A DNA stretch of 43,282 nt from a virus: UHGV virus genome UHGV-0369400. The stretch is one strand, 5' to 3'. A model generated the notes under the pieces. It saw only the letters and a list, made by a program, of their open reading frames with translations, ran no database searches and was not told where the DNA came from. Of this stretch, positions 15,823 to 23,319 are shown piece after piece (positions within the stretch are counted from its first letter, which is position 1; each line of letters opens with the position of its first letter). Both the position numbers and the translations under genes were made by a program.

Positions 15823-16254
15823 ATGGGAAGAGAATTAAGACGGGTTCCGATGGAATTTGATTATCCACAAAAAGAGGTGTGGTACGGTTTTTATTTGGGC
15901 ATCCAGACTTGCATGGGAGAGAAGCACTGCTCACAATGCAAAGAAATGGCAAAAATCAAAGGCATACCGATGGCAAGCTATGGCTGCCCAGATTTTGAGG
16001 AATATCTCAAAGAACCATTGGAAAAACTCAAAGAATTACTTGATCCGCCGACTGGCGAAGGGTATCAGCTGTGGGAAACAACATCAGAAGGAAGCCCGTG
16101 TTCTCCAGTCTTTGCATCCGTGGACGGTCTTTGCGAGTGGTGCGAAAAAAACGCAACCACATTCGGATCGTACACCGCAACAAAAGAAGAGTGGAAACAA
16201 ATGCTGACGGAAAATTTTGTCTATCACAAAAAGGGCGGAGTGGTATTTTTATAA
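15823..16254 (+). CDS. Cys-rich hypothetical protein (143 aa from ATG 15823).
   Basis: Preceded by the conserved TTAAGATTTGGAGGA junction motif. Confidence 0.45.
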   Translation: MGRELRRVPMEFDYPQKEVWYGFYLGIQTCMGEKHCSQCKEMAKIKGIPMASYGCPDFEEYLKEPLEKLKELLDPPTGEGYQLWETTSEGSPCSPVFASVDGLCEWCEKNATTFGSYTATKEEWKQMLTENFVYHKKGGVVFL

Positions 16255-16273
16255 TTAAGATTTGGAGGATGCT

Positions 16274-16561
16274 ATGAAAAAGTGGGAAGAGAAAAAAGAA
16301 CCATCCGGCGCAGTGGTTCACACGCTTGTGTTCGGGCATCATGGAGATGATCCCAAAGTCATAGTGGCGTTGTTCAGAGATTCAGATGGAGATTGGTTTA
16401 CAACATCGAATGTACTTGATACATACTGGGACCTGCTGACCGGTAAGGAAATGTGTGAGCATGATGCCAAAATGATGGTAGAGGAAATGGTGTACGATCA
16501 TTTTGCGGATGAAAAGAGGTATTACGAGGAAATTTGCGAAGAGCTTGATATGGAAAATTGA
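16274..16561 (+). CDS. Hypothetical protein (95 aa from ATG 16274).
   Basis: Preceded by the TTAAGATTTGGAGGA junction motif. Confidence 0.45.
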   Translation: MKKWEEKKEPSGAVVHTLVFGHHGDDPKVIVALFRDSDGDWFTTSNVLDTYWDLLTGKEMCEHDAKMMVEEMVYDHFADEKRYYEEICEELDMEN

Positions 16562-16651
16562 TGTTAAGTGCATTGACTGTGGAACTGCCATAAAAACTGA
16601 GTGGGATGTAGCAAAGAAATGTTACAGAACGGTAAAAGAGGGGGATCAGTA

Positions 16652-16876
16652 ATGATGCGATTAACAGAAAAAGATGAGCTGGGTAACTGGTGCCTGAAGG
16701 GTGTCAGGTGGGAGCAATTGCGTACAGGTCAGGTAATCACCAAAGAAGTAGGTGAAACCTCGTATATCTTGAACCGTGGAAAGAACGGAGGACATGCGGA
16801 TCAGGCTGGATTCATCACCATGTGTCTAGCTGTGCTTTGTATGAGAAGAAGGGAACACAATTGCCAAATGATGTAA
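16652..16876 (+). CDS. Hypothetical protein (74 aa).
   Basis: AAAGAGGGGG RBS before ATG 16652. Confidence 0.35.
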   Translation: MMRLTEKDELGNWCLKGVRWEQLRTGQVITKEVGETSYILNRGKNGGHADQAGFITMCLAVLCMRRREHNCQMM

Positions 16877-16906
16877 ACTGAAAGTTAAGATTTGGAGATG
16901 ATGTGA

Positions 16907-17095
16907 ATGGCAATGATTGCATACCAATGCAGCAGGTGCAAGTTACTACAAGATGCCGATGATTATGTATGGTGCGGCGCGGATATAGATCCAAGACCGA
17001 ACCACCGAGAAAAGGGAGATGCAAAGCGGTGTCGCAGTAATTTTGCGCCGCTTGAAAAATCAGAGATATGGCATGAAAAATTTGCTTGGGAGTAA
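16907..17095 (+). CDS. Cys-rich small protein (62 aa).
   Basis: Preceded by TAAACTGAAAGTTAAGATTTGGAG. Confidence 0.4.
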   Translation: MAMIAYQCSRCKLLQDADDYVWCGADIDPRPNHREKGDAKRCRSNFAPLEKSEIWHEKFAWE

Positions 17096-17126
17096 CGTAA
17101 TTTTAAGATTTAGGAGATGAATCACA

Positions 17127-17669
17127 GTGAAAGATATTGTTCGTTTTGACCTTGTAAAGATCAATAGGGGGCGAGAAAAACTTTGCCAATGCACTGCGCC
17201 GTGTTTTGAGGTCGATGAAGAAAATAGAATTGTATCATGCAAAATCTGTGGAGCGATTCTGGATCCGTTTGAAGCTCTTATAAAGCTTGCGGAGCGTCCG
17301 GAAAGGTTGGAGGAAACTCAAAGGAGAATGTTGGAAAAAATAAAAACCTATAGAGAAGAAACGGAAAAAGAGTACAGCAGGATGATAAAAAGCAGAGTAT
17401 TCCGAAAAATGCAGAGTAATTACAATGAAGGTCTTTTTCCTTACTGCCCAGAATGTAAAATGCAGTTTGATCCGGTGAAGATTGACCGATGGGGCAGATG
17501 GAGAACAATGACCGTTGAAGAAAAAATTGAGGCATGTCCACTGGTAAAGAAATTTGAGAATCCAGGGCGGGAAGGAGACGGATGCGCTGGTTTGCGGACG
17601 TGTGGCGGTGAAGGTGAACCAGTGCCAATATGCCAGGAGTGTGAATTGAACTATATTAACTTAAACTGA
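17127..17669 (+). CDS. Multi-CxxC zinc-ribbon protein (180 aa, GTG start).
   Basis: At least four CxxC pairs. Preceded by TTTAAGATTTAGGAG. Confidence 0.45.
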   Translation: MKDIVRFDLVKINRGREKLCQCTAPCFEVDEENRIVSCKICGAILDPFEALIKLAERPERLEETQRRMLEKIKTYREETEKEYSRMIKSRVFRKMQSNYNEGLFPYCPECKMQFDPVKIDRWGRWRTMTVEEKIEACPLVKKFENPGREGDGCAGLRTCGGEGEPVPICQECELNYINLN

Positions 17670-17696
17670 AAGTTAAGATTGAGGTGAAAGTAAATA

Positions 17697-17900
17697 ATGA
17701 AGAGTTTACAGCTATATGTGTGCGAACATTGCGGAACGAAGTACAAAGATAAGAATGAATGTAAAAAATGTGAGGATAGTCATAAGGTTGCGTTGGAAAT
17801 TCATGATATGAGGTTCTATGCTTGCAAAGATAGTGATAACTATCCTAATAAGGTAGAATTGAAAATGGTTGATGGCAAGATGGTTTGGTATCATCGGTAA
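17697..17900 (+). CDS. Zinc-ribbon small protein (67 aa; CEHCG ... CKKCE).
   Basis: Preceded by TTAAACTGAAAGTTAAGATTGAGGTG. Confidence 0.45.
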   Translation: MKSLQLYVCEHCGTKYKDKNECKKCEDSHKVALEIHDMRFYACKDSDNYPNKVELKMVDGKMVWYHR

Positions 17901-17949
17901 ACTGAAATAACCCAAAATTTAATAAGCATACGGAAAGGGAGGTAGTGAT

Positions 17950-18123
17950 ATGGCAAGACCGAAGAAGAAAGCAGAAGATAAAGCCGTCAGACAGAGCGTG
18001 AGCATGGATCCTGTGCAGCTCCGGCAAGTAGTGGCTTACTGCCAGAAGAATGAAAGAACCATAGCGTGGCTGATAAAAAAGGCTGTTGCAGCCTTCCTGG
18101 AGGCAGAGGATAAAGTTGCATAA
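17950..18123 (+). CDS. Ribbon-helix-helix (CopG/Arc-like) DNA-binding protein (57 aa).
   Basis: AAAGGGAGG RBS. Sequence MARPKKKAEDKAVRQSVSMDPVQLRQVVAYCQKNERTIAWLIKKAVAAFL fits the RHH pattern. Not in the ORF track because it is under 60 aa. Confidence 0.5.
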   Translation: MARPKKKAEDKAVRQSVSMDPVQLRQVVAYCQKNERTIAWLIKKAVAAFLEAEDKVA

Positions 18124-18173
18124 AATTAATAACGTTATGCAGTAAAACTGAAATTTAGCGGAGATACAGCCAT

Positions 18174-18494
18174 GTGGAAAAAAACAAACCCGGGCACGGA
18201 ATACGTAATAGCAGCCATGCGCCGGATAGCTGCGGAAAGGGGAAAAGAATGTCATGCTACTACGACAACGGGACAGGTTGGTGTAACGGGCAAAAGAAAG
18301 CTAGAGGTGGCTACTATAGGATCTGCTGGGGATGCTCGAAGCTTGTAACCAAGAAAAAAGAAGAAAAACCAGTAAAAGACAGAGCAAAGAGAAGTTTGTT
18401 AAAAGACTGGGACGAGATTGTAAAACGCCTCAAACGGAGTGGCTATAATTTGTCTACGATATATCTGACAGCAAAAAAAGAAGAAGGAGATTAG
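18174..18494 (+). CDS. Cys-rich hypothetical protein (106 aa; an internal start at 18250 is possible).
   Basis: Preceded by TAAAACTGAAATTTAGCGGAG. Confidence 0.4.
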   Translation: MEKNKPGHGIRNSSHAPDSCGKGKRMSCYYDNGTGWCNGQKKARGGYYRICWGCSKLVTKKKEEKPVKDRAKRSLLKDWDEIVKRLKRSGYNLSTIYLTAKKEEGD

Positions 18495-18809
18495 ATGAGG
18501 ACAAGAGAAGCTAAGTTATCTGACTACAACGTGCCAAAAGAGGACGAATCACAACTTGACCTATATTGCAGGAGTCTGGATCCTGAGATAAAAATCATAC
18601 TATTTGGCTGTGCGATATCAAAAGCGCCAGGGCTTGAAATCCAAACGTATGATAGCTTGGTGACTGGAGACGGATATTATACGCTGATCCGGCGCGGGAG
18701 AGATATTCCGGCAAAGGCAGATGATTTTTATGGGTATAGGCGGAAAGTAAAAGCAGAATTTTACCACAGACTTAAGCTTTTTGGCTTTTGGAAGTATAAA
18801 GGGAGCTAG
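18495..18809 (+). CDS. Hypothetical protein (104 aa).
   Basis: GGAG RBS. Start overlaps the upstream stop. Confidence 0.4.
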   Translation: MRTREAKLSDYNVPKEDESQLDLYCRSLDPEIKIILFGCAISKAPGLEIQTYDSLVTGDGYYTLIRRGRDIPAKADDFYGYRRKVKAEFYHRLKLFGFWKYKGS

Positions 18810-18870
18810 ACAATGACACAAGAAAATAAGTGGTGGACACCCGCCAAGATGATTCCACCACTTACCTAAT

Positions 18871-18911
18871 CTGCTTAGGTCAATTGTATCAGACCTTTGC
18901 AGATTCTGCAA
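18871..18911. promoter_or_regulatory. Imperfect palindrome CTGCTTAGGTC-N10-GACCTTTGCAG, followed by TTGCAG-ATT-CTGCAA. It lies in the native 5' region of the orphan recombinase gene.
   Basis: Dyad symmetry read directly. It could be a recombinase site or an operator. Confidence 0.3.
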
Positions 18912-18929
18912 GAGGGAGAATTACTATGG

Positions 18930-20583
18930 ATAGAGTAAACTTACTGTCAGTTGGAGAGTCGCAGAAGATTCCCTGCTATGAACTTGCCCAGATCGTTTTC
19001 TCATAGTCTACTTCTCCCACAGTGTTTTGTCAAATACCTCCCAGACGCTCCCGGATTGCAAGCTTTTTCCGGATGTCTATACTCGGGATGGTTGCCTGCA
19101 GCTTTTCGATGTATACCCTGTCATTGTCATGACTGTGGAGTAACAGACTCCTCATGTATCCCCTGTTTGGACGCACTGATATCTCCTCGGTTCCCGTTGC
19201 TTCTTCCTGCTTATGGCTCCGCCGGTACTTTACCAGTTCCAGGATCTTTTCTTCTCCGTAATCCTTCACATAGCATCTCAGCTGACACATCGCATCCGCT
19301 CCGGCTTCGCTCCAACCCATCGGACGGGAACTCATCCGGTCGGAATACATATGACTCACATGACCTTCTGCACTGCATCCATAGACATTCTTATCCTGCA
19401 TTCTTCTCACTGCGCTATCCCAGTTGTTCAGCAGGTATTCCTCACAGTCATTCACTGCTTTTTCGTTCGGCGCACATTTCCGGATAGCTTTTATAGTCTT
19501 TACAAACTTTTTCTTCTTGCCCTTATACAGGGCCTTCCACAGCCGTCCTTTGGCTTCCCCTGCCTCATCCAGCATCTGGTTGGCCGCCTTGTTGATATAT
19601 TTCATCATGTGGAACTTATCCAGTACCGGAACTCCCTTTTCAATATATTCCGCCCCTGCTTTGATCCATGCTCCTCCATCTCCACTGATATACACCGCAT
19701 TCAGATACCGGCTCTCGTAGTTCGTGTCGATGTATTCCTGCATCCGTTCAAACAGATGTCTGTTTGCTTCTCCTCCGCTGCAAAGACCTCCCAGGTAGAA
19801 GACATTCTTCAGTTCCTTCCGCCCGTCTTTCTTTTCCTGTCCTTCATACAGATACAACAGCTTCCCGATCATGCTGCCCTTCTTCTCTGTTCCGTTTTTC
19901 TCCTGCTTGTGAATGTGATCCTCGTCTGCCTCAACATAAAGGTATTCCACACACTTTTTCTTCTCCGGCTTCGGGAAGGGCAGTTCTGTCTGGATTCCGT
20001 GTACCTTATCCATGACGGCAGTCTTGCTGATCAACGAATCTTCTCCCAGTACCCTGGCAGCACTGGCATAGCTGGTCTTTACCGCTTCGGCCAGCACCTC
20101 AGCTTCCGCACGGCTGCTCAGTCTTTCATGGGCATCCAGTTCCATCCATTCATCCAGAAGATAATGGCAGGTTCCATCCTTACAGCTTCGGAACAGCGTG
20201 TGGGTAAAGCAAACCGGTCCCACTGTAGTCAGCAGCTGGCGTTCATCATGCCTCTGGATGGTATATTTTTCAGCTCTGGAAATATCCTCACACAGCATAC
20301 GATCCATGTCGCTGTAAAGGGCTGCCATGTGCTCTGCTGCAGCCTTTCTTGCAGCCTCCGCAAGCTGCTTCTCGTACAATTCCATGTCCTTCATCCCGGA
20401 TGAGAGAAAAAGTTCATCTGCTTCTTCCAAATCTTTGTACAGCTTTTCCATTGAATATGCTATAATGTTTTTCATGAGAGTGCCTCCATCGTCTGTATTT
20501 TAGATTCTCGTCAAATCCATTATAACAGAGATGTTGGTACTCTCTTTTTTTCTTTTATTCAACTGACAAAAACTTTACTCTAT
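18930..20583 (-). mobile_element. Insertion sequence (1654 bp) with about 26-bp imperfect terminal inverted repeats (ATAGAGTAAAC... / ...GTTTACTCTAT-like). It is flanked by an 11-bp direct repeat AATTACTATGG (18919-18929 and 20584-20594).
   Basis: Terminal IRs and the target-site duplication were read directly. It carries a single 481-aa transposase ORF. Confidence 0.75.
19030..20475 (-). CDS. DDE transposase (481 aa), tentatively ISLre2 / UPF0236 family.
   Basis: Long, non-repetitive ORF filling the IS. Family assignment is from size and sequence character only. Confidence 0.5.
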   Translation of the reverse strand: MKNIIAYSMEKLYKDLEEADELFLSSGMKDMELYEKQLAEAARKAAAEHMAALYSDMDRMLCEDISRAEKYTIQRHDERQLLTTVGPVCFTHTLFRSCKDGTCHYLLDEWMELDAHERLSSRAEAEVLAEAVKTSYASAARVLGEDSLISKTAVMDKVHGIQTELPFPKPEKKKCVEYLYVEADEDHIHKQEKNGTEKKGSMIGKLLYLYEGQEKKDGRKELKNVFYLGGLCSGGEANRHLFERMQEYIDTNYESRYLNAVYISGDGGAWIKAGAEYIEKGVPVLDKFHMMKYINKAANQMLDEAGEAKGRLWKALYKGKKKKFVKTIKAIRKCAPNEKAVNDCEEYLLNNWDSAVRRMQDKNVYGCSAEGHVSHMYSDRMSSRPMGWSEAGADAMCQLRCYVKDYGEEKILELVKYRRSHKQEEATGTEEISVRPNRGYMRSLLLHSHDNDRVYIEKLQATIPSIDIRKKLAIRERLGGI

Positions 20584-20590
20584 AATTACT

Positions 20591-21628
20591 ATGGGCCAGA
20601 ATATCAAAAGAGAAATCGTTGATAACATCGTTGTTGCAATGTCAATTTACATTTCTGAACCGGGCACACTTGCAATTTTGGACAGTGTAATATCGAGTGA
20701 GCTTACAAAGGTAACCATGCAGGAAATCACATCTCTTCCAGCGGAGTGGAAAACAGATGTAGAAAAAAGAAACCGCTATTTACTGGAACTTTTCAAGATC
20801 AAAAAGCGCGGGCTCAGCCCTGCGACAATCAGCGGATATATCCGATCTGTAAAAAGGTTATCTGACATGATAGGGAAGTCGTTGGACAGTGTAGATACAT
20901 TTGATGTGGAGTGGTATTTGGCACAGTACGAGAAACGCCCAGGAACAAAAAGTGAAAAGGTACAGGACAGAACATATAATAACGAGCGCCGATTCCTTTC
21001 GGCTTTTTACACATGGATGCGAAAATCAAAACTCATTGATGAAAATCCTGTGGAAGCAACGGAAGCGAAAAAGATTGCGCTAAAGCCAATTGATTACTTT
21101 AGCCGGTCGGAGATTATCCAGATGCGTGACGCTTGCCGTACAAAAAGAGAGCGTGCGATCATTGAGGTATTCCGCAGCACCGGAGCGCGGGTTGGAGAAA
21201 TCTCAGAGATCAGAATCGACCAGATCAATACAGAAACGGGAGATATACTCATCAAAGGGGAGAAGGGCGGTAGATACCGCACATTATACCTTGATGATGA
21301 TGCAAGGCACTATTACAATGAATATCTTGAAAGCAGAACGGACAGCAGCCCGTACATGTTTCCACAGACCAGGGCACCATACAATAAAATGAGCGTATGC
21401 GGTTTAAGAGTCATAATTAAAGATATTGGAAAGAGAGCGGATGTGAAAAGCGCGGTATATCCTCATAAAATGAGGAAAACGCTTGGAATGAATTTAAAAA
21501 ACAGAAAGGTTGATATCGGTATCATCCAAGAGATTCTAGGACATGCCAGCCCGGCGGTGACAAGCATGTATTATGCTCAATCAACGCCAAAAACGCTGAG
21601 AGATGTCCGGGAAATGGTACAGATTTAA
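20591..21628 (+). CDS. Orphan tyrosine recombinase (XerC/D-like, 345 aa). The IS insertion has separated it from its native RBS.
   Basis: Catalytic region ...RVGEISEIRIDQI...YRTLYL...HKMRKTLG...ILGHASPAVTSMYYAQ gives the R..H..R..Y signature. Its ATG lies inside the right copy of the IS target-site duplication. The original GAGGGAG RBS is now to the left of the IS, at 18912-18918. Confidence 0.75.
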   Translation: MGQNIKREIVDNIVVAMSIYISEPGTLAILDSVISSELTKVTMQEITSLPAEWKTDVEKRNRYLLELFKIKKRGLSPATISGYIRSVKRLSDMIGKSLDSVDTFDVEWYLAQYEKRPGTKSEKVQDRTYNNERRFLSAFYTWMRKSKLIDENPVEATEAKKIALKPIDYFSRSEIIQMRDACRTKRERAIIEVFRSTGARVGEISEIRIDQINTETGDILIKGEKGGRYRTLYLDDDARHYYNEYLESRTDSSPYMFPQTRAPYNKMSVCGLRVIIKDIGKRADVKSAVYPHKMRKTLGMNLKNRKVDIGIIQEILGHASPAVTSMYYAQSTPKTLRDVREMVQI

Positions 21629-21820
21629 GGAGCAATATGAAATTTGTAACTAAAAGAAAGGAATAACGAATGCCCGGTAAACCGGGTTGGTGCGCAGTGA
21701 ATGGCGGTGGCGTACCGAAAAATTCAACACCGTGGCTATAAGGCTTGCGTTGGAAACGGCGCTGGTCGCATAAGAGCAAACGAATGGTGATCCACGATAC
21801 AGCATTTGTAGCGTGGTGTT

Positions 21821-22561
21821 ATGACGAAGAAAAAGGTGTGCTGGATTAGCGCAGGAGTAAGCAGCTTTATGGCTGGATACTTAGCTGGAGATGTCGATAA
21901 GTGGATTTATATAGACATAAAGGACCAACACCCAGACAGCATACGATTTATACGGGATTGTGAGGCGGCAATCGGACAAGAGATACAGATTTTGCGGTCA
22001 CAAGAATATTGCTGTGTTGAGGACTGCGTGAGGGCTTTTGGCGGCTTCCGTGCCACGAATGGATTTGCACCTTGTACCAACTGGTTGAAAAAGCGAGTGC
22101 GGAAAGAGTGGGAATTGGAACATAAGGACTACGAACTGACTTATGTTTGGGGATTCGATCTGAAGGAACAGGAGCGTGCCGAACGGACCATAGAAGCGAA
22201 TCCGCAGGCGGTTCATAAGTTCCCATTGATTGATGGGGGGTTATCAAAGGAAGAGGTTCACGGTCTATTTGAAAGAACCTTTCCGTTCCGGCGCCCAGTC
22301 ATGTATGACCTTGGTTACCCTAATAATAATTGCCTCGGGTGTGTCAAAGGAGGAATGGGTTATTGGAACCGGATCCGCAAGGACTTTCCAGAGGTTTTTG
22401 AGAGTCGGGCCAGATTGGAGCGGAAGGTGGGCTATGCAATATTGAAAGACAGCAAAGGTCACCCGGTATACCTTGACGAGCTAGAACCTACACGCGGGAA
22501 TATGAATACAGAGATATTCCCAGACTGCGGAATCATGTGTTATTTAAGCATGAAGGGATAG
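21821..22561 (+). CDS. PAPS-reductase-like (adenine nucleotide alpha-hydrolase fold) protein, common upstream of phage terminases.
   Basis: N-terminal PP-loop-like VCWISAGVSS and C-terminal CLGC. Size 246 aa. Sits before the terminase. Confidence 0.35.
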   Translation: MTKKKVCWISAGVSSFMAGYLAGDVDKWIYIDIKDQHPDSIRFIRDCEAAIGQEIQILRSQEYCCVEDCVRAFGGFRATNGFAPCTNWLKKRVRKEWELEHKDYELTYVWGFDLKEQERAERTIEANPQAVHKFPLIDGGLSKEEVHGLFERTFPFRRPVMYDLGYPNNNCLGCVKGGMGYWNRIRKDFPEVFESRARLERKVGYAILKDSKGHPVYLDELEPTRGNMNTEIFPDCGIMCYLSMKG

Positions 22562-22565
22562 AAAG

Positions 22566-22760
22566 ATGGAAGAAAACACAATAACGATAGTGGAATGTCG
22601 GAAACTGCGGGGGCTTATCAGTGATGTCACAAACTGGTGCATTCTAACACGTGATGAGTATAATCAGATTTGTGACATTGTCATGGGAGCAATGCAAAGA
22701 TGCAGCGAATGCGAGAAAGACTATATCATAGCGGAACTGGAAGCACGTAACAAGCCATAG
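22566..22760 (+). CDS. Cys-rich small protein (64 aa) ending in TAG.
   Basis: GGGATAGAAAG RBS-like sequence. CSECEK motif. Confidence 0.4.
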   Translation: MEENTITIVECRKLRGLISDVTNWCILTRDEYNQICDIVMGAMQRCSECEKDYIIAELEARNKP

Positions 22761-22766
22761 AAGATT

Positions 22767-22940
22767 TTGTACCGGAAACAGAGCTATGGAACACCCTGGT
22801 TATGCCCGGCCTGCGAAGCCGATCAGAGCGAGGTACAGTTTGTCGACACTGGAGAGGTAACAACAGGTGGTAAGTATTCTTTCTGTTGGGCGTGCGGGCA
22901 GAAACTGGATTGGGATGTTGAAGAGCGTAGAAATTTGTAA
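22767..22940 (+). CDS. Zinc-ribbon peptide (57 aa, TTG start; CPAC ... CWAC), lying in frame directly after the TAG of the previous gene.
   Basis: The frame is open from the TAG at 22758-22760 through to the TAA at 22938-22940. There are two CxxC pairs. The start codon is uncertain. Confidence 0.3.
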   Translation: MYRKQSYGTPWLCPACEADQSEVQFVDTGEVTTGGKYSFCWACGQKLDWDVEERRNL

Positions 22941-22970
22941 GTAATTCTTGCAAGTTCAAATGATGTAAAT

Positions 22971-23010
22971 AGAGGTGACACCGCAAAACGAGGTGATTCA
23001 CCTCTATTTA
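22971..23010 (+). terminator. Putative rho-independent terminator between the early / accessory genes and the packaging module.
   Basis: AGAGGTGA ... TCACCTCT stem followed by ATTTATGTTT. Confidence 0.35.
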
Positions 23011-23043
23011 TGTTTAGGTAAAATGAAAATAGGGTGATAGTAT

Positions 23044-23301
23044 ATGAACCTTAACCAGATACAAAGAAAGCTGCAAAGAGCATTGCTCACAAAGCAGTTT
23101 GTAACAAAGATAGGCACAAGTCAGTTTTACAGCGCAGATCAGAACCGGATGATAACCATGTACAGTGTGAGCACACCTACATTGCAATATGTACGTGGAG
23201 AATGGAAGACAAGGGATTATGAGATTATCCGGACGGCATCACAGGTGGATATGGTTATGGCACTGAAAGAGATATGGGAAGCGCTAGAAAGTTGGCAGTA
23301 G
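23044..23301 (+). CDS. Hypothetical protein (85 aa) upstream of the terminase.
   Basis: ORF with a GGGTGATAG RBS-like sequence. Confidence 0.4.
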   Translation: MNLNQIQRKLQRALLTKQFVTKIGTSQFYSADQNRMITMYSVSTPTLQYVRGEWKTRDYEIIRTASQVDMVMALKEIWEALESWQ

Positions 23302-23319
23302 TGACAGGATGGTGAGTAA

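Noticed and set aside
19213-20403. 396-aa plus-strand ORF and other ORFs antisense to the transposase.
   Set aside because: They are shadow ORFs inside the IS, low-complexity in composition and with no RBS. The minus-strand transposase explains the region.
18919-20594. Link between the IS target duplication AATTACTATGG and the tail fibre inverted repeat, which share AATTACTAT.
   Set aside because: Only a 9-bp match. It does not extend, and the contexts are unrelated. Most likely coincidence.
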